Positions 12,225 through 24,110 are shown, counted from the first letter of the stretch. The stretch: DNA of 64,000 nt from Malacoraja senta (GCA_038087875.1 CM075995.1:4342001-4406000), one strand, 5' to 3'. Notes: generated by a model not told the origin, from the letters alone. Numbers and translations are program-made.

Positions 12225-13839
12225 CAGTGGCTTGCAAAAGTATTCATACCCCTTGAACTTTTCCACATTTTGTCACGTTACAACCACAAACGTAAATGTA
12301 TTTTATTGGGATTTTATGTGATAGACCAACACAAAGTGGCGCATAATTGTGAAGTGGAAGGCAAATGATACATGGTTTTCAAATTTTTTTACAAATAAAA
12401 AACTGAAAAGTGTGGCGTGCAAAAGTATTCAGCCCCCTTTACTCTGATATCCCTAAATAAATTCCAGTGCAACCAATTGCCTTCAGAAGTCACCTAATTA
12501 GTAAATAGAGTCCACTTGTGTGTAATCTAATCTCAGTATAAATACAGCTGTTCTGTGAAGGCCTCAGTGGTTTGTTAGAGAACATTAGTGAACAAACAGC
12601 ATGATGAAGCCCAAGGAACACACCAGACAGGTCAGGGATAAAGTTGTGGAGAAGTTTAAAGCAGGGTTAGGTTATAAAAAAATATCCCAAGCTTTGAACA
12701 TCTCACGGAGCACTGTTCAATCCATCATCCGAAAATGGAAAGAGTATGGCACAACTGCAAACCTACCAAGACATGGCCGTCCACCTAAACTGACAGGCCG
12801 GGCAAGGAGAGCATTGATCAGAGAAGCAGCCAAGAGGCCCATGGTAACTCTGGACGAGCTGCAGAGATCCACAGCTCGGGTGGGAGAATCTGTCCACAGG
12901 ACAACTATTAGTCGTGCACTCCACAAATCGGGCCTTTATGGAAGAGTGGCAAGAAGAAAGCCATTGTTGAAAAAAAACCATAAGAAGTCCCGTTTGCAGT
13001 TTGCCACAAGCCATGTGGGGGACACAGCAAACATGTGGAGGAAGGTGCTCTGGTTAGATGAGACCAAAATGGAAGTTTTTGGCCTAAATGCAAAACGCTA
13101 TGTGTGGCGGAAAACTAACACTGCACATCACCCTGAACACACCATCCCCACTGTGAAACATGGTGGTGGCAGCATCGTGCTGTGGGGATGCTTTTCTTCA
13201 GCAGGGACAGGGAAGCTGGTCAGAGTTGATGGGAAGATGGATGGAGCCAAATACAGGGCAATCTTGGAAGAAAACCTGTTAGAGTCTGCAAAAGAATTGA
13301 GACTGGGGCGGAGGTTCACCTTCCAGCAGGACAACGACCCTAAACATACAGCCAGAGCTACAATGGAATGGTTTAGATCAAAGCATATTCATGTGTTAGA
13401 ATGGCCCAGTCAAAGTCCAGACCTAAATCCAATTGAGAATCTCTGGCAAGACTTGAAAATTGCTGTTCACAGACGCTCTCCATCCAATCTGACTGAGCTT
13501 GAGCTATTTTGCAAAGAAAAATGGGCAAAAAATTCAGTCTCTAGAAGTGCAAAGCTGGTAGAGACATACCCCAAAAGACTTGCAGCTGTAATTGCAGCGA
13601 ATGGTGGTTCTACAAAGTATTGACTCGGGGGGGCTGAATACTTTTGCACGCCACTCTTCAGTTTTTTATTTGTAAAAAAATTTGAAAACCATGTATCATT
13701 TTCCTTCCACTTCACAATTATGCACCACTTTATGTTGGTCTATCACATAAAATCCCAATAAAATACATTTACGTTTGTGGTTGTAACGTGACAAAATGTG
13801 GAAAAGTTCAAGGGGTATGAATACTTTTGCAAGCCACTG
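12225..13839 (+). mobile_element. Full-length Tc1/mariner transposon (IR/DR type, DD34E), 1615 bp
   Basis: TA TSDs at 12223-12224 and 13840-13841. About 210-bp near-identical TIRs starting CAGTGGCTTGCAAAAGTATTCA, each with outer and inner direct repeats (TGCAAAAGTATTCA). Confidence 0.97.
12601..13623 (+). CDS. Tc1-family transposase, 340 aa, uninterrupted
   Basis: Paired-like HTH with GRPPK linker, ARRKPLL, WLDETK, QQDNDPKH and SPDLNPIENLW; 34 residues between the second D and the E. Confidence 0.96.
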   Translation: MMKPKEHTRQVRDKVVEKFKAGLGYKKISQALNISRSTVQSIIRKWKEYGTTANLPRHGRPPKLTGRARRALIREAAKRPMVTLDELQRSTARVGESVHRTTISRALHKSGLYGRVARRKPLLKKNHKKSRLQFATSHVGDTANMWRKVLWLDETKMEVFGLNAKRYVWRKTNTAHHPEHTIPTVKHGGGSIVLWGCFSSAGTGKLVRVDGKMDGAKYRAILEENLLESAKELRLGRRFTFQQDNDPKHTARATMEWFRSKHIHVLEWPSQSPDLNPIENLWQDLKIAVHRRSPSNLTELELFCKEKWAKNSVSRSAKLVETYPKRLAAVIAANGGSTKY

Positions 13840-14018
13840 TATATATATACACGTCTGAAAAAGGGTCTTGACCCAAAACTTCACCCAGAGATGCTGCCTG
13901 TCCCGCAGATTTACTCCAGCTTTTCGTGTCTATCTACGGTTTAAACCAGCATCTGCAGTTCCTTCCCACACGCATATATATATATTTTTTACATGTGTGT
14001 GCATATGTGTATGTGTAT

Positions 14019-15411
14019 CAGGCACGTGCCATGCGTAATTACTCCGGGTAGGTAGTCAGTCGGCTTTTTTTTAAATATCTTAAACCGCGCATGCGTAGAT
14101 TATTCTCCTCTCCATAAAAATAAAAAATAAAAATAAGTAACAATTCAATTTGCCCAAGGCTTCCAAATCTCCTTCATTTTGTATTACTGAATGGGTGGGG
14201 ATGGAGGATGAAGGCAGGTGGAGAGATGGTGGGAAAAACGGGAGCACACCGGGACAAGTTGAATCAGTTGTCATCTTATTGAATGACAATACTTGTTCAA
14301 GGGACCAAGTGGGGGGAGAGTTCCTTTCACAGCTTGTGGGAAGTCTGGCCAGGGGTTAAAGTTGCGGGGAGGGCAGGAGCATTGAGAAGGAGGGGGTCAG
14401 GGATCATGCCAGTAACCCACACACTCACCGCTGCCGTGGCGCTCTGGGCACGGAGACACCACATTATGGCCGGGGAAGGAAGCAGCTCGGGTGGCTGCGA
14501 GCGGCCGTCGGGACCTCAGCGCTTTCTGCCGAAGCGCGTACCTCTGGCAGTGCTCTCCATCTGAACATCTCTCACCTGCTTCGCTCATGTCAGCCGCTTC
14601 CCGCAAATCCTTACATTCCGACAGCCGAGTAACCTCAGTTGGTCCCTTGATCGCGCAGTCGGAATTTAAGGATTTGCAGGAAGCGGTTGACATGAGCGAG
14701 GCCGGCGAGCGGCAGGAGAGAAGTTTTCAGATGGAGAGCACTGCCAGAGGTGAGCGGGGGCCGGCAGAAGGGGCTGTCCGGTCCAGGCGGCCGCTCACAG
14801 CCACCCAAGCTAATTCACTCCCCGGCCACAATGCGGTAGCTCCGTGCCCGGAGCGTCGCAAGTGGGTTACTGGCATGATCCCCGACCCCCTCCTTCACAA
14901 CGCTCCTGCCCTCCACGCAACTTTACCCCGGGCCAGACTCCCCAAACGCTGTGAAAGGAGCTCTCTCCCCCCCCCCCCGGGAAATACGGTATTTAAAAAC
15001 ATATAGCACCATGAGATTTTCCTACCACATCATTTGTACACAAACTCCATTCTTCTCTCTTTGTTTGTTAAGATATTCTTAGGATAATGACAATCTATAT
15101 TTTAAAAACCCGCCAAGAAACTTGCGCTGCGCATGCGCAGTACTGCAAAGGCAGAATTTCAGCTGCCTTCAGCTCCCCTTGAAATTGACGGCTTGAAGCA
15201 GCGCCGATGGCACGTGGGCTGCACAGACCTTCGTGTGTTGCAAGTACTGCGCATGAAAGGCACGGAGAATTATGCCTACCTAAGAGATCGATCTCTTATG
15301 TAGGCATAATTCTCCCATGCCTTTACTATATATATATTTAATAATTACCATTTTATAATTTTAATCAGGGTAGGCAGTGCCTACCTTTCCTACCCTGACG
15401 GCACATGCCTG
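14019..15411. mobile_element. Non-autonomous hAT-type transposon with long internal palindrome
   Basis: TIRs CAGGCACGTGCC / GGCACATGCCTG; exact 8-bp TSD ATGTGTAT (14011-14018, 15412-15419); no transposase ORF. Confidence 0.88.
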
Positions 15412-15501
15412 ATGTGTATATATATATACACACACTGAACCATTTTTCTCATTTATAATATTGTTTACAGTGTACTATGTTTACATATTCTGTTGTGCTG
15501 C

Positions 15502-15909
15502 CTTCTCCGTGGATAGCCACCTTGTCGTGGTGGAGAAGCTTGTGTGGACCTGCGATCCTGAGAACGATGCCGTCTGGAGCTATGCTCCTGGTAGGGCCAC
15601 TCATGGGGTATGGTCGAGGGGGAGGTCCCTGACAAAGAGCAATCCAACCAAGACCTCAATGGTGGAACAGGCAGAGGATGATGGCTAACTATAGTGAAGC
15701 GTCACAACGGCTGGGAAGGCGGATGAAGGCTGCAGCAGAAAGGGTTCCCGGTCGTCTTGGACTCCATGCAACTGGATCCTGACCCAGATCTGTCAAGGAC
15801 CGTGTGGTGGCTGTCTGTGCACCAGTCTCCCCACGTTAAACAAAGTCATGCACAGGCGTACTCCCAAAAGAGGACAGTCATACTTGTTTTGAGTGACCGC
15901 CGATGATGA
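15502..15909 (+). mobile_element. Short non-autonomous RTE-clade (Expander/Rex3-like) retroelement
   Basis: 5' part CACCTTGTCGTGGTGGAG...GAGCTATGCTCCTGGTAGGG...GACAAAGAGCA resembles RTE 5'UTRs as recalled; (GAT)n tail; TSD TGTGCTGC on both sides. Confidence 0.7.
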
Positions 15910-15923
15910 TGTGCTGCTGCAAG

Positions 15924-16735
15924 TAAATGTGAGGTTATCCACTTTGGTGGCAAAAACAGGAAAGCAGACTATCTAAATGGTGGCTGATTAGGAAATGGGG
16001 AGATGCAGCGAGACCTGGGTGTCATGGTACACCAGTCATTGAAAGTAGGCATGCAGGTGCAGCAGGCAGTGAAGAAAGCGAATGGTATGTTAGCTTTCAT
16101 AGCAAAAGGATTTGAGTATAGGAGCAGGGAGGTTCTACTGCAGTTGTACAGGGTCTTGGTGAGACCACACCTGGAGTATTGCGTACAGTTTTGGTCTCCA
16201 AATCTGAGGAAGGACATTATAGCCATAGAGGGAGTGCAGAGAAGGTTCACCAGACTGATTCCTGGGATGTCAGGACTTTCATATGAAGAAAGACTGGATA
16301 GACTTGGCTTATACTCGCTAGAATTTAGGAGATTGAGAGGGGATCTTATAGAAACGTACAAAATTCTTATGGGGTTGGACAGGCTAGATGCAGGAAGATT
16401 GTTCCCGATGTTGGGGAAGTCCAGGACAAGGGGTCACAGCTTAAGGATAAGGGGGAAATCCTTTAAGACCGAGATGAGGAAAAACTTTTTCACACAGAGA
16501 GTGGTGAATCTCTGGAACTCTCTGCCACAGAGGGTAGTTGAGGCCAGTTCATTGGCTATATTTAAGAGGGAGTTAGATGTGGCCCTTGTGGCTAAAGGGA
16601 TCAGGGGGTATGGAGAGAAGGCAGGTACGGGATACTGAGTTGGATGATCAGCCATGATCATATTGAATGACGGTGCAGGCTCGAAGGGCCGAATGGCCTA
16701 CTCCTGCACCTATTTTCTATGTATCTATGTATCTA
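15924..16735 (+). mobile_element. Young CR1 LINE 3' fragment
   Basis: Open 211-aa ORF2 C-terminus (16003-16638), 3'UTR and tail; nearly identical to 37343-37876(-). Confidence 0.95.
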
Positions 16736-19309
16736 ATTGTTCTATCTGGGATATATGGCAATAAAACACTCTTGACTCATCTCTTGACACTGGCCACTAA
16801 ACTTCAGTTGAAGAATACCAGCAATTATCCTGCCCTACACAGCTGGTATTCCCAGCAAGTTACTCACCTGCGTATATTATCCATTCCCAAGAAGATTAAT
16901 CTATTAGCTATTTCCAGACAGCTAGATTAATTTAAGAGTTTAAACCAGAATTTGGCAGCCAAGCAGTTTAGCGCAAAAGGTATTTCACTCAAGTTAAAAT
17001 AAATTGCTGCAATTTAAAAAAAAAAACAGGGCATAAAGATAGGGGTTGGGAAAGCTTTAAGCCTGTTAGTAAAATGACCCATTTATTTCTACACTAGAAG
17101 TGATAAATGAAGGGCACGACCCGAAACGTCACCCATTCCTTCTCTCCAGAGATGCTGCCTGTACCGCAAGTTACTCCAGCTTTTTGTGTCTATCTTCATG
17201 ATAAATGAACAGTTCTTACTAATTGCCTTCAAGCTTTAGACTTTAGCAATACAGCACAGAAACAGGGTCTTTGGCCCACCGAGTCCGCCCTGACCAGCAA
17301 TCAACCCACACACTAACACAATCCACACACTAGGGGCAATTTTAGAATTTTACCAAAGCCAATGAACCTACAAGCCTGTACATCTTTGGAGTGTGGGAGG
17401 AAACCGGAGCACCCAGAGAAAACCCACGCAGGTCACGGGGAAAACGTACAAACTCGATACAGACAGCACCCGTAGTGAGGATCGAACCCATGTCTCAGGC
17501 ACTGTAAAGTAGCAACTCTACCACTGTGTCTCACCTAATGTAGGCAGAACTGCTGTTCAACGATGAACTACAATGGCTACAGTATTCACCACGATTCCAG
17601 CTTCACAATGGTATCACTTTAGTGCACGGCAACCAAGCAACCTTCACACAAACTTCTGTCTCCAAAACAAATGACCAAGAGGCATTTGGGCTTTCCTTTT
17701 CATGAGACACTTTCCTCTATCCCCATCTCTGTCTGCCAGAAGTATCCAGAAGGCCACAAATCTGTGTCAAATGTTCAAACCTGACAGGTAATCCATTTTC
17801 ACTCCTCTCTAGAGAGAAAAAAAATAACGTCTCGTGTTAAGTTCTGCCTGAACTACCTCCTCCGGCAGCTCGTTCCACGCAAAGTGTGGTACGTTTATGA
17901 AAGGAGCTGCCAGAGGAGGTAGTTGAGGTAGGTACTATAGCTATGTTTAAGAAACATTCTGACAGGTACATGGATAGGTCAGGTTTAGAGGGATATGGGC
18001 CAAATGCAGGCAGGTGGGACTGGTGTAGATGGGACTTGTTGACCAGTGTGGACAAATTGAGCCAAGGGGCCTGTTTCCACGCTGTATGCTTCTTTAAGTG
18101 GCAGTGACTTCAGTCAGTTCAGTTACAGGAAAATTGGCGTCAACAAATTTTCAAATGTTTCAGAAACCAATTTCTTCCCACAATTGATGACGGACACAAA
18201 AAGCTGGAGTAACTCAGCGGGTCAGACAGCATCTCTGGAGGAAAGAAATAGGTGACGTTTAGAGTCGAGAACTTGCTTCAGACAGAGTCAGGGGAAAGGG
18301 AAACGAGAGATAGAGATGGTGAAATAGAGATATTAAACAAACGAATGAAATATAGGCAAACAAGTAACAATGACAAAGAAAACAGGCCATTGTTAACTGT
18401 GGGCTCGGTGAAAACGAGTTATAGACAATGAAACTCAACAGACACTAAAACGTTAAAACTGGTACAATGACTGGCGTCGGGGAGGGACAGAGAGAGAGGG
18501 GATGCAAGTTAGAGAAATCAATATTATCACAAAAAGCTTCCCACCATCACTTGTTTTGTGATGGCTGAGGATAGTGACTTACAATTAAAGGTCTAATTGA
18601 AATAAGTTCAATGTGAGTGTTTTATCAAATCCAAGACGCCAAGACCTGCACCAATGGATTTCTGTGACATTTCTTTACTCAAATCAATAGGAAAGCGCTC
18701 CTTTTACAGGTCCCAAAGTTATAGACACAAAGTGCTGGAGTAACTCAGCGGGTCGGGCAGCATCTCTGGAGACAAATGATGGGTAGGATGGGTGACATTT
18801 CGGGTCGGGACCTTTCTTCAGACTGAAAGTAGGGGGTGGGGGAGGTAAAGAGCTGGAGGTAAGAAAAGACCAGGACCAATCAGGGCAATCCACAAATGAC
18901 CTCAGGCAAGGTGTTGCCTGGTAAGTCCATTGTTAGATAGGGAAGGTGTGATCTCAAGAGAAACAACATGGAGGGTGGCAGGGTGGCGCACCATTAGATT
19001 TGCTGCCTTACAGCACCCGAGACCTGGGTTCAATCCTGACTACAGGTGCTTGTCTGTACATTCTCCCTGTGACCTGTGTGGGTTTTCCCCGGGTGCTCCG
19101 GTTTCCTCCCACACACCAAAGACGTACAGTTTTGGCTTGGTAAATTTGTAAATTGTCCCTAGTGTGTGTAGTATAGTGTTAATGTGCAGGCATTGCTGGT
19201 CGGCGAGGACGCGGTGGGCCAAAGGGCCTGTTTCCGCGCTGTATCTCTAAACTACAACTCAACTAAACCGTAGAACTAGTAAAAACAACTAGGAAAGAGA
19301 AGTGGGAAA

Positions 19310-19890
19310 CATAAAAAATAGGTGCATGAGTAGGCCATTTGGCCCTTCAAATCCCTTCAATGGCTGATCATTCAAAATCAGTACCCCGTTGCTGATTTCT
19401 CCCCATAGTCCTTGATCCCGTTAGCCCGAAGAGCTATATCTAACTATCTCTTGAAAACACCCAGTGAATTGGCCTCCACTGCCTTCTGTGATAGAGAATT
19501 GCACAGATTCACAACTCTCTGGCTGAAAAAGTGTTTCCTCATCTCAGTCCTAAATGGCCTACCCCTTATTCTTAAACTGTGACCCCTGGTTCTGGACACC
19601 CCCAACATCGGAAAATTTTTTCCTGCATCTAGCCTGTCCAATCCCTTAAAAATTTGATATGTTTCTATAAGATTCCCTCTCATCCTTCCAAATTCCAGTG
19701 AATATAAGCGCACTCAATCCATTCTTTCATCGTATGTCAGTCCCGCTATCCCGGTAATTAAACTGGTGAACGTACGCTGCACTCCCTCAATAGCAAGAAG
19801 GTCCTGTCTCAAATTAGGAGACCAAAACTGCACACAATACTCCAGGTGTGGTCTCACCAGGGCCCTGTACCACTGCAGAGGGACCTCCTG
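19310..19890 (-). mobile_element. CR1 LINE 3' fragment
   Basis: ORF 19444-19713 ...TRGHSLRIRGRPFRTEMRKHFFSQRVV. Confidence 0.88.
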
Positions 19891-20173
19891 AAACTCTCTC
19901 GCTAGGAAAGGAGGGAGGGCAAGGGAAAGGCTTGTGTGAGGCTAGTCTGCTGAAGGCACGGTCACCAGTGGTGGAGTGAAAAAAAGTTGGGGATTACACA
20001 AAAGGCCAGAGATTTTCCACCTCAAAGAGTCTCATGGCAACAGAATTTTGAAGTCTAAATCTTTGGCCATGCTACCATGGTACAATCTCCTCTTGCTGCT
20101 CATGCAACTGCATTACATTTCCCAACAGGCTGTGAATTCACTGCATTCAGCTGCTGTCTTCTTTGGGACTTAC

Positions 20174-20305
20174 CTTCTTACAGCACCGGTCCTGAGGTTC
20201 ACTTTCTCCGTGATACTGGCGAGCACTTGTTCCCACTGGCCCAGCACTCTCTTTGGAATGAGCAGCCGGATTGCTGGACTCAAGAGGTCTCCATTTGCAA
20301 TCACA
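20174..20305 (-). CDS. DCDC2: DCDC2 internal coding exon (132 bp; N-terminal half of second DCX domain)
   Basis: Manual translation VIANGDLLSPAIRLLIPKRVLGQWEQVLASITEKVNLRTGAVR (human, recalled: LIANGDLINPASRLLIPRKTLNQWDHVLQMVTEKITLRSGAVH). cacAG acceptor and AAG|GTAAGT donor; phase 2/2. Confidence 0.92.
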
Positions 20306-20387
20306 CTGTGAACAGAAGTGGAACGTGTAGGCATTAGAATATGAGATTACAGGCAAAAGCAAAAGAAGCAGGAGACAGCATCCACCC

Positions 20388-20884
20388 TGGACCGACCTCA
20401 TCTCCCGGTTGCTGGACACTTTAATTCTCCTTCCCATTCCTGCACAGGCCTTTCTGTCCTCAGTCTCCTCCATTGTCAGAGAGAGGTTAAACGCAAATTG
20501 GAGAAACAGCATCTCGTATTTCGCTTGGGCAGCTTAAAACCCAGTGGTATGAATTTTGACTTCTCTCACTTCAAGTAACCCTGTCATTCCCTCCCTCTCT
20601 CTCTGTCCCTCCCCCACCCAAGTCACACCAGCTTCTCGTTTTCACCCAACAAACAGCTAACAATGGCCTGTTTCCTTTATAATCATTACTTTCTTGCAAT
20701 ATCTTTCATTCATTATTCTTTATCTCTCTACATCATCGTCTATATCTCTCGTTTCCCATGACTTTCAGTCTGAAGAAGGGTCTCAACCCGAAACATCACC
20801 CATTCCTTCTCTTCAGAGATGCCTGTCTGTCCCACTGCGTCCATCTTCGGTTTAAACCAGCATCTACAGTTCCTTCCTACACAT
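20388..20884 (+). mobile_element. Penelope-like element 3' end (GIY-YIG endonuclease C-terminus plus pLTR)
   Basis: Manual translation PVAGHFNSPSH...KRKLEKQHLVFRLGSLKPSGMNFDFSHFK*, followed by a pLTR containing CTGAAGAAGGGTCTCAACCCGAAACATC. pLTR fragments recur across the window, e.g. 1680-1940, 17105-17200, 18190-18530, 18720-18900, 36990-37210, 41390-41500, 44050-44455. Confidence 0.8.
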
Positions 20885-20927
20885 CCAGCCCCTAATGGCT
20901 GCTCCATCACTCTGCGAGATCATGGCG

Positions 20928-21770
20928 AAATCAAATCAAATCAAATCAAATCAAAAACTTTATTTGCCACTTGTGCTTACACACATAGGAATTCTTGTGC
21001 GGTTGTTCAGAGAGTCAAGTCAAGTCAAGTTAAAAAGACACACAGAAAAACACATAATCTATAAACTATAAACACATATACTATGATATGTAATGAGGTG
21101 GGTCAGGACATCAGTTCATTTTGTTTTGGCCAAGAGTCTCACTGTGGCAGGGAAGAAGCTCTTGAAAAAGCGTGTTCTGTTTGTGGCGATGCTGTCCGCT
21201 CGTCTGTGCCTGAGGTTGTATGTGCAGTTTTTGTGTTTGAGCAGGGAGTGAGCTGGATGTAGTGTGTCTCTGATGATTCTCTCTGCTCTTTTTTGACAGC
21301 GCTGTGTGTAGATTGTTTCCATGGAGGGAAGTTCCGTTCTGATAATCCTCTCTGCAGTCTTTATGACTCTTTGCAGAGCCTTCCTCTCTGTCTGTGTGGT
21401 GTTTCCATACCACACCGTAATGCCTGTGGTGAGGATGCTCTCTATCAGTCCTTTGTAGACCTGGGTGAGAGGGCGACAGTGCAGACCAGCTTTTCGGAGC
21501 AGCCAGATGAAGTACAGTCTCTGCTGGGCTTTTTTCACTGTTGCGGCAGTGTTCAAAGTCCATTTCAGATCTGATGTTACATGTAATCCCAGGTATCTGT
21601 AACTGTCAGCCCTCTCCACCACAGTCCCCTTGATGATGAGGGGCTGCAGGGGGGGTGGATTTTTTCTGAAGTCCATTATTATTTCTCTTGTCTTGTCTGT
21701 GTTGAGGCTCGGGTCGTTCACCTCACCATAGGCAAGAATGTCATTCACCAGATTCCTGTAGAAATGTTCT
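20928..21770 (-). mobile_element. Rex1/Babar-like LINE 3' fragment
   Basis: ORF 21116-21748 LNTDKTREIIMDFRK...YRYLGLHV...KKAQQRLYF...IESILT...SFFPATVRLL; (TTTGA)n tail. Confidence 0.85.
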
Positions 21771-23687
21771 CCCAGAGCAACACATTCCGCACTAATTCCT
21801 TTTTCCCTTCATATCCAAACATCTATTGATTTCTTTCTCAAGCGTGCTCAGGAACAGAAGCTTCTGGGCAGAGTATTGGGAGAGTATTTCCACGCTGTAT
21901 GACTTTATGACTCCCTTTGACTAACCAGGTTGCCATTGATAAGGCAGGCAAATGGGCACCCACACCTCTATGCCAGATTTCCAATAAGAAAAGTCCAACG
22001 TTGCAGGCAGTAATGGGACCTATTGCAAGACGTGCTTCGATACATGATAAACTTTTGTTCTCATTCAGCCATAGAGCCATAGCATCATACAGTGTGGAAA
22101 CAGGCCCTTCAGCCCAACTTGCCCACACCAACCAACTTGTCCCATCTACACTAGTCCCACCTACCTGCATTTGGCACAGCATGTGGATTTTTACGTTGCC
22201 ATGAGATTCTTTGAGGTGGAAAATTTCTGGCCTTTTGTGTAATCCCCAAACCTATCCTATCATGTACCTGTCCAAACGTTTTTTTAAACGTTGTGATACT
22301 ACCTGACCTAACTACCTCCTGTAGCAGCTGATTCGATATCCCTACCACCTTTTATGATAAAAAGTCGCCCCTCAGGTTCCTATTAAATGTTCCCCCCCCT
22401 CATCTTAAACAGGTGAGAGGGGAAACTTGACAGTTTTCTTTCTACTTTCTACTTTATTCTAACAGAAACTTTGACAAGGCTTAGATATGAAAGGTTTAGA
22501 GGGATGTGGGCCAAATGCAGGCAAATAGGACGAGCTTAGATACAGAATCTTGGTCGGTTTGGACATGTTGGTCAGAAGAGCCTCGATGTGCTCATGAACC
22601 ACTGGCGCAGCGGTAGAGTTGCTGCCTTACAGTGCTTTCCGCACCAGAGATCCAGGTTCGATCCCGACTATGAGTTCTTATCTGTACGGAGCTTGCACGT
22701 TCTCCCCGTGACCGCGTGGGTTTTCTCCGAGATCTTCGGTTTCCTCCCACACTCCAAACACGTACAGGTATGTAAGTTAATTGGCCTGGTATAAATGTAA
22801 ATTGTCCCTAATGTGTGTACGATAGTGTTAATATGTGGGGATCGCTGGTCGACGCGGACTCGGTGGACCAAAGGTCCACTATATCTCTAAACTAAACTAA
22901 ATATTCTCTTCTGCGCTCCAAATGATCAAGAAAGTGAAATCTTGCTGTTTTCAAACAGAAGTAATGTTATTTCATAAACACTGCTTTGACCTGTTATTCT
23001 CCAGTGTAGCATGTAAAATAACATCACATACTTGCATGCAGCTGGAAGAAAGGAAAGCTTCTGTGGGTGTGGTATTGTTCTTCATTTGGTAAACTCTTAA
23101 TTGAGACAATCAGTTGAGAGGAGGCAGTGACCTGGTAAGTGAATTGGAGCCCAAAAGCACATTGACACGAAATACTATGTAACCTGAATGAACATCTGAT
23201 AGGTTCCTATGATGCACAATTCCATTGAATTAACAGCCGACCAAGTAGAAGTTTTTAATTAATGTGGACTTGTAAAAAGGAGAATGGGTAGTTTTGTTTC
23301 ACTTCAGTGAACTTTGGATGCACTGCGCTATCCCAATTGCTCCAATGTCATTAAAGAATCACAGAAATTCGCCATGATGAAAAAAGGTTTCTGTACTTCA
23401 GAGAATTCTGATGAGAGGAGACATTTTGCTTTTGAGCTGCTTCACTATTCTGTATTTTATGAATGGAGCTATTCAGGAAGCAAGGAACTCCACCCTGTGC
23501 CAAGCAGCAAAAAATATTAAAGACAGGTTATCTTTACCCAGCATATATTTGTTTTAAAATGGGTAAGAATTATTGGAAACTAAGCATTGCCAACCCAGTC
23601 ACACTTCACTTTCCTTCCATGTACTCAAAGAGTTTAAGGCATGTTACAAAGCTTAAATACAAGCATGTACATCGCCCAACTTGCTCG

Positions 23688-24110
23688 TTTAGTTTAGTTT
23701 AGTTTATTGTCACATGTGCCAGGGTACAGTGAAAAGCTTTTTTATTGCATGCTAGGCAGCGGAAAGACATGATAACAATCGAGCCATCACAGTGTACAGA
23801 TAAAGTCCAGTAAAGATAGCCCGACGAGGTAGATAGTAGCTCAGGGCCGCTTTCTAGTTGTTGATGGGATGGTTCAGTTGCCTGATAACAGCTGGGAAGA
23901 AACTGTCCCTGAAACTGGAGGTGTGCGTTTTCAAACTTCTGTACCTCTTGCCTGAAGGGAGAAGGGAGAAGAGGGAGTAACTGGGGTGAGACTCGTCCTT
24001 GATTATGCTGGTGGCCTTGCTGAGGCAATCTGAAGTGTAGATGGACTCAATGGAAGGGAGGTTGGTTAGTGTGATGGTCTGGGCTGCGTCCACAATTCTC
24101 TGCAATTTCT
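23688..24110 (-). mobile_element. Rex1/Babar-like LINE 3' fragment
   Basis: ORF 23854-24105 QRIVDAAQTI...LLPSGKRYRSLK...DSFFPAVIRQLN; (TAAAC)n tail. Confidence 0.8.
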
